Shown here: positions 17,163-27,247 of the stretch, piece by piece
How the letters are laid out: every line of letters starts with the position of its first letter
Position numbering within the stretch: position 1 is the stretch's first letter
Assembly (NCBI GenBank): GCA_046497275.1
Contig: JAWOFX010000057.1
Coordinates: forward strand, 60,001-92,000
Source: Promethearchaeia archaeon
GTDB taxonomy: Archaea > Asgardarchaeota > Lokiarchaeia > Sigyniarchaeales > SOKP01
Direction of reading: 5' to 3'
DNA length: 32,000 bases
Position numbers and translations under genes: made by a program
Notes under the pieces: model-generated
Database searches by the model: none
Told to the model about the DNA's origin: nothing
What the model saw: the letters and a program-made list of their open reading frames with translations, nothing else

Positions 17163-18608
17163 TTAGTCTAAAACGTATTTATCACTTTGTAGTCTATGGT
17201 ATGGTGGTTTTAATCCTTCTGGGAGGGGTGAAATATATTTTTTATCTTTATGAACTTTATTAAATTCGTTCCATGCTTTTTCTACAAGTTCTTTGTCATT
17301 CATAAATTCAAGCGCACTAAGTGCTAAAACCTTTCCAGCGGTTAACATTCCTTTATGCCCTATACTCATGCCACTTGTGGCAACATTTTGCCAAGAATGA
17401 CCTGGAGATCCCATAACCTCACACGCAGTCATAAATTCAGCTAATGGGGTCTCCCAAGAAACATCGGCAACATCAGTAGAGCCTGGTAATGTTTGACCCC
17501 GTCCCATTGGTGGAATTATTACTTTATTAAGTGGTTGACTGAGAACAGTTTTGGCTAAATCCATCAAATCTGGAGGAATTAATTTCATATATCCCTCCAT
17601 AGTGTCTGGAGGTAAAGTTTTCCTAAGTTCTTTCGCAAATTTCTTATCAGTAGAATCAAATTTCGGCGGTCCAATCTCATTTAATTTCGAGTTAATCACT
17701 TCTTGGACTACTTCATTATATATTGCGTTATATGTTCCACTTAAAAAATCAATTTCCATCTCTGTTTCTGTCATAAGAGTAGCACCCTTAGCTATATTAA
17801 CTACTCTTTCATACAAGTTGTCTACTTGATGTCTTTTTGGAGCCCTAACAAAATACCAAGCTTCAGCTTCGTCTGGAACTACATTAGGCGCTTTTCCACC
17901 ATTCGTTATAATGTAATGTACTCTCGCATCATTAATCATATGTTCTCTCATATAATTCACTCCAACATTCATTAATTCGACAGCATCTAAAGCGCTTCGA
18001 CCATTCTGGGGATCTCCCGCTGCATGGGCTGTTTTTCCATAAAATTTGAAAATTACTGAGTTCATTGCTAAAGCAGACATAGCATTTAACATATTTAAGA
18101 AATTTGGATGCCATGTAAGTGAGATATCAACATCCTCAAATAATCCCTCTTTGACCATATAACCTTTTGCATTGAATGTTTCTTCAGCTGGACATCCATA
18201 ATATCGAATTGTTCCTTCTACTTCTCCATTTTCAATTGCTTTTTTAACAGCCGTTACTGCAGCCAAAGATCCAGTTCCTAATAAATTGTGACCACATCCA
18301 TGCCCGGGAGTCCCTTCTTGAATAGGTTTTCTTATCTGTTCTGCTGCTTGACTTAATCCAGGTAGGGCATCATATTCTCCCAGTATTGCTATAATTGGAG
18401 ATGATTCTCCATAAGATGCCACAAAACTTGTTTTCATATCAGCAACTCCCTTTTTTACTTCAAAACCGTCTTGTTCTAAGGTTTTAATTAGTAAATCTGA
18501 GGATTTATATTCTTCTAAACCTGTTTCCGCGTAACCCCATATTTTGTCAGAAATTTCAATAAATTTCTCTCGATTTTCTTCTATCCATTTTGCATATTTT
18601 TCAAACAT
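17163..18608 (-). CDS. M20 family amidohydrolase (AbgB / p-aminobenzoyl-glutamate hydrolase-like)
   Basis: LGEYDALPGL, GHGCGHN, GCPAEE, WHP, AHAAGDPQNGRSALDAVELM, GSTDVADVSW, GHSWQ. Confidence 0.9.
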   Translation of the reverse strand: MFEKYAKWIEENREKFIEISDKIWGYAETGLEEYKSSDLLIKTLEQDGFEVKKGVADMKTSFVASYGESSPIIAILGEYDALPGLSQAAEQIRKPIQEGTPGHGCGHNLLGTGSLAAVTAVKKAIENGEVEGTIRYYGCPAEETFNAKGYMVKEGLFEDVDISLTWHPNFLNMLNAMSALAMNSVIFKFYGKTAHAAGDPQNGRSALDAVELMNVGVNYMREHMINDARVHYIITNGGKAPNVVPDEAEAWYFVRAPKRHQVDNLYERVVNIAKGATLMTETEMEIDFLSGTYNAIYNEVVQEVINSKLNEIGPPKFDSTDKKFAKELRKTLPPDTMEGYMKLIPPDLMDLAKTVLSQPLNKVIIPPMGRGQTLPGSTDVADVSWETPLAEFMTACEVMGSPGHSWQNVATSGMSIGHKGMLTAGKVLALSALEFMNDKELVEKAWNEFNKVHKDKKYISPLPEGLKPPYHRLQSDKYVLD

Positions 18609-18689
18609 AATTATGTTTAATACTTGATTATTTTAAATTTAATATAAAATGTTAATATTTATTTTGATTATGTCAAGATTCGTTCATAT

Positions 18690-20327
18690 TTATTGAGTCC
18701 TTTTTAAGACTTTTCCCGCCAGTGCTTTCTCATCATATTGATTATTTTTTAAAATTAAATTACCATTAATAAATACATATTTGACGCCTATAGGGTCTTG
18801 AAATGGATTTTTAAATGAAGAAGTACATTTTATTGTTTCATGGTCCAATACTGTTATATCCGCAAAATAACCTTTTTTAATTCTTCCTCTCTTTTTAATC
18901 CTCATTTGAGATGCTGGCAAAGATGTCATTTTTCTAATTGCTTCCTCTAAAGAAAGAATTTTTTTCTCACGTACTATTGTCCCTAAGATTTTAGGAAATG
19001 TTCCATAGGCTACAGGATGAGGTGTTTCTTGATCGAGTCCTACGATATCCGTCCCTACTGAACAATTTGGATCTTTGTATAAATCTGCGATAAAATCTTC
19101 TGCTAACGGATTATTAAATTGTCCTGTGATTATAAAGAATTTACCTTCTTCATCTAATACTAACTTAATTAACATATCCAATGATTTCTTTTTAAAATCT
19201 TTGGCAATCTCTTTTAATTGTTTATTATTGTATTTTTGATATTTTTGAAGCTTAAAACCGGTTAGAATGATATTTTCATTATAATCTCTATCGACCCACC
19301 AATTATTTTCCCAATTAGGCCATTTTGGTCGAAATGATCCCATTTCTTCTTTGATTTGATTTAAAATTATTTCATCTCTTAATCTCTCGAAAAATGCTTT
19401 TATTCCTCCATTAAAAGCCCAAGGAGGAAAAAGTGAAAGAACGGTAGTAGATGTATTTGGCCATGCTATATTATCATGACCAATTTCAACTCCTCGCTCT
19501 TTAGCTTCCTCTATTGCTATTATAGCCTTTTTTCGTGTTCGTCCTATTCCGCCACCAGCATGATGTGAAATTTGTAGTGGAATCTCGTTTTCCTCTGAAA
19601 TTTCAATTACTTCCATAATGGCTTTATCATAATTTTTACTTAATAAACCTCTGGTATGAGGGACTAATGGAACATCATACGCTTTTAAAACAGATCCTAA
19701 TTCAATAAGTTCTTCTGTATGTGAAAACAACCCTGGAACATATCCCAATCCCAAAGATAACCCAAATGATCCTGCATCAAGTGATTCCTTTAACATTTTT
19801 TTCATATCTTCTACCTCTTCTTTCTCAGCAAATCTTGCTTCTAAATCCATTGCATTAAGTCTAAGAGTATTATGTCCTGTTAATATCGCAACGTTTAGAC
19901 TTTGACTTATTTTTTCTAAATGGTTAAAGTATTCATCCATACTGTTCCAAGAATATTCTAATCCGCCTTTGGGAAGCGCAAAATTCCAATAAATATTTAA
20001 TGTCTCTATTGCTGCTCTACGAATAGGTGCTGGACTGAATCCACAATTACCCGCGATAATAGTGGTAACACCCTGCTTGACCCAAGATTCTAGTAGTTTT
20101 GAATGTCTGGGTGACGCTATAATGAAATCTAAATGAGTATGTACATCTATGAAACCAGGAGCTATAATCAAACCATTAATATCAATAATATTAGTCTTAT
20201 TTTCTGCATTGATATCACCAATCTTTTCAATTTTTTCATTTTCTATTAGAATATCTGCCTTATATCTTTCTTTTCCAGAGCCATCGATTATTATTCCATT
20301 TTTTAAAACTGTTCTTTTATCATTCAT
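18690..20327 (-). CDS. N-acyl-D-amino-acid deacylase (D-aminoacylase) family amidohydrolase
   Basis: APGFIDVHTH, GVTT...GNCGFSPAP (metal-binding Cys), SLGLGYVPG, SHH, GTD, EEAIRKMTSLPA, RGRIKKGYFADI. Confidence 0.88.
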   Translation of the reverse strand: MNDKRTVLKNGIIIDGSGKERYKADILIENEKIEKIGDINAENKTNIIDINGLIIAPGFIDVHTHLDFIIASPRHSKLLESWVKQGVTTIIAGNCGFSPAPIRRAAIETLNIYWNFALPKGGLEYSWNSMDEYFNHLEKISQSLNVAILTGHNTLRLNAMDLEARFAEKEEVEDMKKMLKESLDAGSFGLSLGLGYVPGLFSHTEELIELGSVLKAYDVPLVPHTRGLLSKNYDKAIMEVIEISEENEIPLQISHHAGGGIGRTRKKAIIAIEEAKERGVEIGHDNIAWPNTSTTVLSLFPPWAFNGGIKAFFERLRDEIILNQIKEEMGSFRPKWPNWENNWWVDRDYNENIILTGFKLQKYQKYNNKQLKEIAKDFKKKSLDMLIKLVLDEEGKFFIITGQFNNPLAEDFIADLYKDPNCSVGTDIVGLDQETPHPVAYGTFPKILGTIVREKKILSLEEAIRKMTSLPASQMRIKKRGRIKKGYFADITVLDHETIKCTSSFKNPFQDPIGVKYVFINGNLILKNNQYDEKALAGKVLKRTQ

Positions 20328-20665
20328 TTTTTATTTTCTTAAATCCCCAAAAGTTATATAATTTTTGAAATAATCTCTATACCATTACGGCTAATATAAG
20401 ATTCTCTCTCTAAATATATAAAAACTTCTATTGCTTCGTTTGATTTGACTAAGTAATAATAAATAACTTCTCTCAATCCTTATCTTTTTTTTCAAATACC
20501 AAGAGTTTAAAGGTTTTAGATATTTATACTTCATAAGAATAAATTGAAGTATAAGAAGAATAACAAATTTTAATAAAATTATCAAAATTTTCTATAACTC
20601 TGAAGAAACTACTTTTTTCTAATGATTATAAATTTTGTAATATATATTTTAGAAATGAATAAAAC

Positions 20666-21829
20666 ATGACAGAATTAACATTTAATAATTTAAATTTAAG
20701 TGAAGAAAATATAGAAGCATTAAAGCAATTAAATATAAATAAGCCTACCCCTGTTCAAAAAAAGGCAATACCCCTAATTTTAAAGAATTTTAATATTATG
20801 GTGCAAAGCAAGACGGGAACAGGAAAAACTTACGCGTATTTAATCCCAATAATAGAAAAATTATCATATACTCGAAATGAATGTCTTATCATTGTACCCG
20901 TGAGGGAATTAGCTAAGCAAGTTAAGAAATTCATTAAGGATTTAGGAAACAATAAAATTAAACCTCTCACTATTTATGGAGGAGTTTCTATTAACAACCA
21001 AATCAATAAATTAAAGCAAGGAGTTAATATTATAATTGGAACTCCTGGAAGATTAATAGACCTATACAAACGAGGACATTTAAAACTCAACCAGTTAAGT
21101 TTTGTGGTATTAGATGAGGCAGATCGTCTCTTAGATATGGGATTCTTACCTGATATAAAATATATCTTAGATCAAATACATAGTGACTACCAATTTATGC
21201 TATTTTCTGCAACTCTTGACCATAAACTGAAAGAATTGGTTAAAAAATATACAAAGAGTGAATTTAAGTATCTTAATTTAAGTAGAGATGAGATGAGTGT
21301 TGAAAATACTCTTCAATTTTACTATTTAATTGATCATTTCAAGCAAAAATATAATACTTTTAGGAAAGTGATTAAGAATGAACGACCTGAAAGTGCTTTA
21401 GTTTTTGTAAATACCAAAAAAACTGGTAATTGGCTTTATAATAGACTTAAACAAGATAATTTGGGATATCGTGTAGGATATCTCTCTGGAGATTTAACTC
21501 AAAAAATGAGAGAGGAAACCTTAAAACGATTTAGACGAGACAAAATTAATTTATTGATAGCTACAGATGTAGCTGCCCGTGGATTTGATATTGAAGATAT
21601 AACCCATGTAATTAATTATGATCTTCCAAAATATCCTGAAAATTATGTCCATAGAATAGGAAGAACTTCTCGAATGAATAAAAGAGGAGTAGCTATTACT
21701 TTATGTCTAAAGGATGAATATGAATATTTATGTCGAATTGAAGGCCTTATTAATAAAGAAATTCGAAAGAAGAGTTTTAATCATCCTCCTCATCAACGGA
21801 GAAGAGGGTTTCCGTTCCGACAAATGTAA
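20666..21829 (+). CDS. DEAD-box ATP-dependent RNA helicase (core only)
   Basis: Q motif PTPVQ, TGTGKT, PVRELA, GG, GTPGRL, DEAD, SAT, ATDVAARG, HRIGRTSR, and a short basic tail. Confidence 0.95.
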   Translation: MTELTFNNLNLSEENIEALKQLNINKPTPVQKKAIPLILKNFNIMVQSKTGTGKTYAYLIPIIEKLSYTRNECLIIVPVRELAKQVKKFIKDLGNNKIKPLTIYGGVSINNQINKLKQGVNIIIGTPGRLIDLYKRGHLKLNQLSFVVLDEADRLLDMGFLPDIKYILDQIHSDYQFMLFSATLDHKLKELVKKYTKSEFKYLNLSRDEMSVENTLQFYYLIDHFKQKYNTFRKVIKNERPESALVFVNTKKTGNWLYNRLKQDNLGYRVGYLSGDLTQKMREETLKRFRRDKINLLIATDVAARGFDIEDITHVINYDLPKYPENYVHRIGRTSRMNKRGVAITLCLKDEYEYLCRIEGLINKEIRKKSFNHPPHQRRRGFPFRQM

Positions 21830-21977
21830 TTTTCTATTTTTCAAAACTTTTTAAGAATTCATTATTATTTTAACCTTTTTTCTTTAAGCAATAATTTGAA
21901 ATATATAAAGATCACATTATTATAGTTAGAAAGAACTAATTTTACTATAATCAAAAAATTAAATATAAGAATTAACC

Positions 21978-24368
21978 ATGCAAATCAAGCAAATTCCTCA
22001 TCCTACCTTCGAACAAAGAATTAAAAGAATGAAAAAAAAAGTAGTTTCTCATCCTCATGAAATCTGTATTGAAAGGGCAATTTTATTTACTGAGTCTTAT
22101 GCTCAAACAAAAGGAGTGCCTTCAGTTATGCGTTTTGCCAAAGCAATGGATCATTTTCTCACAAATATGACGATTCGCATTTGGAAAGATGAATTTATCG
22201 TCGGAAATCGAACAACTAAATTTGTGGGCACTCCATTATATCCTGAAGTTCGCATTGATACGATTGAACAAGATATTGACACCTATGAATCACGTTTTAT
22301 TCAACAATTATCCCTTGCTGAAGAGGACAGAAAAATACTTAAACAAAAAATTATTCCTTACTGGAAAAATGAGGAAGAAACGGTTTATGAAAGGTTTAAA
22401 TCCAATTTAGATGAGGACCTAAAAGCTATTGTTGATAAATTGGTGTTTACAGTAGAAGTACAATATACAAATGGAATTGGACATTTCTTTCCCGGACATA
22501 AAAATGTTTTAAAATATGGGTTAAATGGTTTACTCCAAATAGCAGAGGATAAAAAATCCAATTTAATTAAAGAGGAGGAAAATTTTAAGGAAAAGAATGA
22601 GTTTCTCAATTCAGTAATCATTCTTTTAAATGCTGTCAAAAAATTCATAAAACGGGTGTCAGATCATGCTCAAACACTTGCTCAAAATGAAGGAGATATT
22701 GAAAGAAAAGACGAATTATTAGAGATCTCTGAATTATGTGAAAATATTTCTGAAAATCCCCCGAATTCGTTTAAAGAAGCATTGCAGTTAATATATTTCG
22801 ATCAGATCATCTGCGGTTTAGAAGATGGAGGATTTGCTGTGAGTGTTGGAAGACTCGATCAAGATCTCTTTCCCTTTTACTTAAAAGATATAGATGAGGG
22901 AAAAATCGATCACAAAGAAGTTGCTTTTCTTTTAAAGTGTTTTTTTATTAAACTAACAAGCTTATGGAATTATATCTTTGCCCTTGGAGCGAACGCTGGA
23001 GAAGGACCACCTCTCGCGGAAAATCTTACTATAGGGGGATTGGATCGTGAAGGAAATGATGCCACCAATGAATTATCATATCTTATCTTAGATGCATATA
23101 CCGATTTACAAACTGTCCAACCAACATTTTCAGCAAGAATTCATAAGAATAATCCCCAAAAATATTTAGAAAAACTCTCCGATTCAATTAAATCGGGAGC
23201 AAGCATTGCTTTATTCAATGATGAAGTGATGGTGCAAGGATTAGAAAAACGAGGTTTTACCTTGGAAGATGCTCGAGAATATGCTCCTGTTGGATGTGTT
23301 GAGCCCCAACATCCTTATAAATCCTTTGGATCAACCAATTCAAATCAACTAAATATTGTAAAATGTTTAGAGTTAGCACTAACCAAAGGTGCGGATCTTT
23401 TTTCAAGGAAAAAATATGGTGCTTCAATTGATTTTCCGATAGATTCCTATGATGATCTCTGGAAAGCTTTTGAATTTCAAACCAAATTCTTCATTGAAAA
23501 AATGGTAGCTGCCATGGAATATCTAGATCAAGCAATCGCAGAACTAAATCCCCAACCATTTCTTTCCGCTACCACGGATAATTGCATTGAAAAAGCAATG
23601 GATGTGACCCGTGGTGGAGCAGTATATAATTTTACAGGACCACAATTAATTGGGCTCGCGACAGCAGCAGACAGTCTCGCAGTTATTAAAAAATTAGTAT
23701 TTGAGGATCATATTCTCACTTTAGAAGAATTAACCCAGATATTAAAGAAAAATTATCGGGGAACTTATAAGGACAAATCAGGAAAAGAATGGAGGGAAAT
23801 TTTTGTTAATAAAGTACCCAAATTTGGAAATGATAACGATTATGTTGATCAAATTGCAGTTGACATCGCAGAATTATTCTGTGAAGAGGTTTCCAAATGG
23901 GATAATTACCGAGGAGGTAAGTTTAATCCTGGTATTTATTCAACATCACTTCACCTTGCATTTGGAGCTTTTACGGGAGCATCGGCAGACGGGAGAAAAT
24001 CCCGCGAACCTCTTTCTAATGGTGTTGGACCCTCACATGGAAGAGATAAAAATGGTCCCACCGCAATTCTGAATTCAGTTAAAAAACTTAAAAATGAATT
24101 ACTAACAAATGGTCATTCTCTTATCTTAGCTTTCCACCCACATAATTTAAATAAAGAGGTATTTATTCCTATAATTGAAACATATTGCGTACCTGAAGGG
24201 GGATTCCAAGTACAATTCAATGTTGTTGGAAAAAATACTTTATGTGACGCTCAGAAAAATCCAGATGACTATCGCGGACTTGTTGTCCGAATTGCGGGTT
24301 ATTCTGTATATTTTACAGAATTAAGTAAAGCGGCTCAAGATGAAATTATCGCTAGAACAATATATTAA
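21978..24368 (+). CDS. Glycyl radical enzyme (PFL2/eliminase-type), substrate unknown
   Basis: Cys loop VGCVEP, C-terminal Gly-radical motif VRIAGYS, GRLDQ, LTIGG.D..G.DATN.LS, TGASADGR...PLS.GV.P..G.D..GPTA, QVQFNVV. Confidence 0.92.
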   Translation: MQIKQIPHPTFEQRIKRMKKKVVSHPHEICIERAILFTESYAQTKGVPSVMRFAKAMDHFLTNMTIRIWKDEFIVGNRTTKFVGTPLYPEVRIDTIEQDIDTYESRFIQQLSLAEEDRKILKQKIIPYWKNEEETVYERFKSNLDEDLKAIVDKLVFTVEVQYTNGIGHFFPGHKNVLKYGLNGLLQIAEDKKSNLIKEEENFKEKNEFLNSVIILLNAVKKFIKRVSDHAQTLAQNEGDIERKDELLEISELCENISENPPNSFKEALQLIYFDQIICGLEDGGFAVSVGRLDQDLFPFYLKDIDEGKIDHKEVAFLLKCFFIKLTSLWNYIFALGANAGEGPPLAENLTIGGLDREGNDATNELSYLILDAYTDLQTVQPTFSARIHKNNPQKYLEKLSDSIKSGASIALFNDEVMVQGLEKRGFTLEDAREYAPVGCVEPQHPYKSFGSTNSNQLNIVKCLELALTKGADLFSRKKYGASIDFPIDSYDDLWKAFEFQTKFFIEKMVAAMEYLDQAIAELNPQPFLSATTDNCIEKAMDVTRGGAVYNFTGPQLIGLATAADSLAVIKKLVFEDHILTLEELTQILKKNYRGTYKDKSGKEWREIFVNKVPKFGNDNDYVDQIAVDIAELFCEEVSKWDNYRGGKFNPGIYSTSLHLAFGAFTGASADGRKSREPLSNGVGPSHGRDKNGPTAILNSVKKLKNELLTNGHSLILAFHPHNLNKEVFIPIIETYCVPEGGFQVQFNVVGKNTLCDAQKNPDDYRGLVVRIAGYSVYFTELSKAAQDEIIARTIY

Positions 24369-24453
24369 ATAATTCCAAAAAAAATTTTCATTAGTTTTAT
24401 CATTTTTAACATCGTATTTTTTTGAGAGATCAAGTTAATGGAAATTTTAGTAG

Positions 24454-24467
24454 AAGATTTAAATATA
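24454..24467 (+). promoter_or_regulatory. Putative BRE/TATA element of the first 4-TM gene
   Basis: AAGATTTAAATATA, with an identical copy at 25117-25130 and near-identical spacing (49 vs 50 nt) to the ATG. Confidence 0.55.
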
Positions 24468-24515
24468 ATAAACACAAATTATGGATAAGTATTCAATATA
24501 AATCGTGATTTTTTA

Positions 24516-25010
24516 ATGGTTAATTTAGAAAAAGTAAGAGATTGGGCGTGGAAGATATCTTTAATTGCAATCATATTAAACATAGTTGCTCTTTTAATTC
24601 CTAATATTTTCTATATTGTATTCGGAGGAAGAAATGCTATTTTTTGGTTATACAATTTTTATATTACTGAATATGGCTTTTCATTTTTGCCCTTTGCTGC
24701 AATCAATCCTATATTTAAAATATATTTTATATTGGGATATATTATAGCCATTGTTGTAATTATTTGCATCGTTTTAACCTTAATTGCGATGCTTAAAGAA
24801 AAAGGAGCAAATTTAGGCAAACTATATTTACTGTGGATTGTATCGGGGATACTTTTGATTATAATTGGTATTATCGCTTGGGCTGTTAGAGGAGCTATAT
24901 TATTTCTTGATGAAATAGGTTTCCCGATTCCGTTGGGGTCATTACTGATTTTAGTATCAGGAATATTTACCCTTACTATAGGAATAGTTTCTATGAAAGT
25001 TCCAAGATAG
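24516..25010 (+). CDS. Four-TM membrane protein, tandem paralog 1
   Basis: Four hydrophobic helices. Ungapped homolog (about 51% identity by manual count) of the next gene. Confidence 0.85.
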   Translation: MVNLEKVRDWAWKISLIAIILNIVALLIPNIFYIVFGGRNAIFWLYNFYITEYGFSFLPFAAINPIFKIYFILGYIIAIVVIICIVLTLIAMLKEKGANLGKLYLLWIVSGILLIIIGIIAWAVRGAILFLDEIGFPIPLGSLLILVSGIFTLTIGIVSMKVPR

Positions 25011-25116
25011 ATAAAAAATAATTTTCTTTTTTTTATTTTTCTAGGAAACTCAATTAAAGAAAGAACCTCTAAAAATATCTTTATTAGTGAGTTTAAAATA
25101 CTAAAAATTTTTATAA

Positions 25117-25130
25117 AAGATTTAAATATA
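25117..25130 (+). promoter_or_regulatory. Putative BRE/TATA element of the second 4-TM gene
   Basis: AAGATTTAAATATA, identical to 24454-24467. Confidence 0.55.
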
Positions 25131-25179
25131 TTTTTTACTAAATAATCAACAAATATTAAAAATTAAAATTGTGGTTTTA

Positions 25180-25674
25180 ATGGTTAGTTTAGAAGGAATT
25201 AGAAATTGGGCATGGAAAATATCTTTGGTCTCAATTATTTTAAATGTTGTTGCTTTAATAGTTCCAAATCTTATTTTTATTGATATAGAGAAGGGAAGTT
25301 ATATATTCTGGTTGTATAATTTTTATATCAGTAAGTCAGGATTTAGATTTTTAGAATTCTTGGGTGAGGGGGGTACTTTCAAATTCTTTTGGGTGTTAGG
25401 ATATTTAGTCGCCGTCAGTACCATAATAAGTACTGTTTTAATGATAATTTCGACGATATGGAATAAAAAAGGAACTTCAGATAAATATATCATGGGTTGG
25501 CTTATTTCAGGAACTTTATCAACTATCATGGGGATTCTTGGGTGGGCTGTTAGAGGCTTCATTTTGCATTTAGAAATACGAGTCCCATTCATACCGTTGG
25601 CTTCTTTATTGACCTTAACGTCGGGTATATTTACACTAATTATTGGAATAGTATCTATGATGGAGAAGAGATAA
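25180..25674 (+). CDS. Four-TM membrane protein, tandem paralog 2
   Basis: Starting at ATG 25180 (context ttttaATGGTTA, the same as paralog 1) it is 164 aa, the same length as paralog 1. Confidence 0.85.
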   Translation: MVSLEGIRNWAWKISLVSIILNVVALIVPNLIFIDIEKGSYIFWLYNFYISKSGFRFLEFLGEGGTFKFFWVLGYLVAVSTIISTVLMIISTIWNKKGTSDKYIMGWLISGTLSTIMGILGWAVRGFILHLEIRVPFIPLASLLTLTSGIFTLIIGIVSMMEKR

Positions 25675-25851
25675 TTATATAATTTTTCTTTTTTTTAATA
25701 TATTGAAATTTGACTATTATAAATCAATTTACTCAGAATTTAGAATAATTAATCTAATCAATTCTATATTATAATTTAAACATTAGAAACGATTATATTA
25801 AAGAAATTACTAAAATATTTAATATTAAATTCTTAATCGAAATTCTATTTT

Positions 25852-26637
25852 ATGACCATTAAAAAACTTTTAATCCGAGTCAATGATATAAGGAAAGTCC
25901 ATGCGATCCATTATCTTTCAGAAAAAGATCTAAATAATGAAACATTGATCAAGAACCCTTTAGTAATAATATGCCATGGATTTACAGGAGATAAAAAAGA
26001 ATGGGGTCGATTTCCCCAAACTGCCGAAAGTTTAAACAAGGAAGGGTTTGATGCATTGCTTTTCGATTTTTCTGGTTCAGGAGAGAACACTCGAGAACCG
26101 GTATTATTATCAAAACAAGTGGAAGATCTTGAAGAGGTCTATAAATGGGCTCATCATATAGGCTATACTGAGATCTCGGTTATTGGATTATCATTTGGAG
26201 GTTTAACGTTATTATACGCCAATTTACCTAATATTAAAACTAATATTTTTTGGGCACCCGCGTTTTACATTGATAAAATAATCGGAAAATTTAGAATAAA
26301 ACTAATTAAAATACTCATACGCATAGGAATCAAGCAGTTAAAACTCAAATCCTCTGGAAAAGGCGGGAAAATAATAATCAATACTAATTTTATTGATGAG
26401 ATCTTAAATGTCCAATCCAATGAAAGAATAGAGAAATTAGATAAACCTACGCTTATAATCCAAGGTACAGAAGATAAAGACGTCAAACCAGAGTTTACAC
26501 GAGAAGCATATTTTCATATACCTGATATAATTGATCATAAATTAATTGAGATTGAAGGAACTGACCATGAATTTAATGGTAAATTTCTAGAAAGATTTAT
26601 CGATTTTTCAATAGAATGGCTTAAAATGTATTTATAA
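25852..26637 (+). CDS. Alpha/beta hydrolase (serine esterase/peptidase S9-like)
   Basis: CHGFTG oxyanion loop, GLSFGG nucleophile elbow, QGTED acid, GTDH His. Confidence 0.9.
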   Translation: MTIKKLLIRVNDIRKVHAIHYLSEKDLNNETLIKNPLVIICHGFTGDKKEWGRFPQTAESLNKEGFDALLFDFSGSGENTREPVLLSKQVEDLEEVYKWAHHIGYTEISVIGLSFGGLTLLYANLPNIKTNIFWAPAFYIDKIIGKFRIKLIKILIRIGIKQLKLKSSGKGGKIIINTNFIDEILNVQSNERIEKLDKPTLIIQGTEDKDVKPEFTREAYFHIPDIIDHKLIEIEGTDHEFNGKFLERFIDFSIEWLKMYL

Positions 26638-26792
26638 ACTATCCTAAATAAGAATACTCTCTAATTATCGCTTTAATTTAAAAATCTATTTTTTAATCTC
26701 AATATCAAATAAATATTGGACTATAAAAGGCTTTAATTGAATATTTAGTTAACTCTAAATAGAAATAATTATAATTTTTTGGGTGAAAAATA

Positions 26793-27062
26793 GTGTATAA
26801 AGCCATCAATAGTCCTCAAAGCAATACTATTTCTCTATTAGAAGAGGAATTATTTAAATTATTAGATGTAGAAATTAATATTTTAGATCACCGTATTTAC
26901 AATAACAACTCTTGCGATAACATTGCTAATCTTGAAGACGCGAAGAAAAAATTAAGCGATTTAAGAAGAATTCTCTTATCCTCAAATTCCTTGATAGATT
27001 TTAATGATTTTCAAAAATATAGTAATTATATTATTGAAACTATAGAAGTAAGTTTGTATTAA
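26793..27062 (+). CDS. Hypothetical small helical protein
   Basis: 89-aa ORF with GTG start and amphipathic-looking helices. No recognised motif. Confidence 0.5.
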   Translation: MYKAINSPQSNTISLLEEELFKLLDVEINILDHRIYNNNSCDNIANLEDAKKKLSDLRRILLSSNSLIDFNDFQKYSNYIIETIEVSLY

Positions 27063-27100
27063 TTTTTTTTATTACATTTCTAAGATTCATTAGAATAAAA

Positions 27101-27247
27101 TCAGAGATTATTATCTCTCCATTCTTTCATATGTGCTTTTAATGTTGATGGAGCAATTCCTATTTTAGTATTTTTTATAGAATCATTTTCTTTCTTATGT
27201 TTGGTTAAATTTTGATCCCAATCATAATATGACACAGGTTCAGTCAT
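27101..27247 (-). CDS. Hypothetical 48-aa protein
   Basis: Manual translation MTEPVSYYDWDQNLTKHKKENDSIKNTKIGIAPSTLKAHMKEWRDNNL*, below the ORF track cutoff. It fills an otherwise empty gap. Confidence 0.35.
   Translation of the reverse strand: MTEPVSYYDWDQNLTKHKKENDSIKNTKIGIAPSTLKAHMKEWRDNNL

Noticed and set aside
20391-20585. 64-aa minus-strand ORF between the D-aminoacylase and helicase genes
   Set aside because: Extremely AT-rich, low-complexity I/L/K/Y composition in a divergent promoter region. Most likely spurious.
21640-21690. DEAD-box motif VI variant HRIGRTSR, and helicase plus Csp as a cold-shock module
   Set aside because: The catalytic His/Arg residues are kept and such variants are common. 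The two genes are over 6 kb apart with unrelated genes between them.
260-26486. Short ORFs in the track overlapping longer genes (260, 3114, 4266, 7540, 10289, 12774, 15213, 17551, 17932, 20149, 22189, 22385, 23803, 25323, 26265)
   Set aside because: All are antisense or alternate-frame shadows of well-supported genes, with no motifs of their own.
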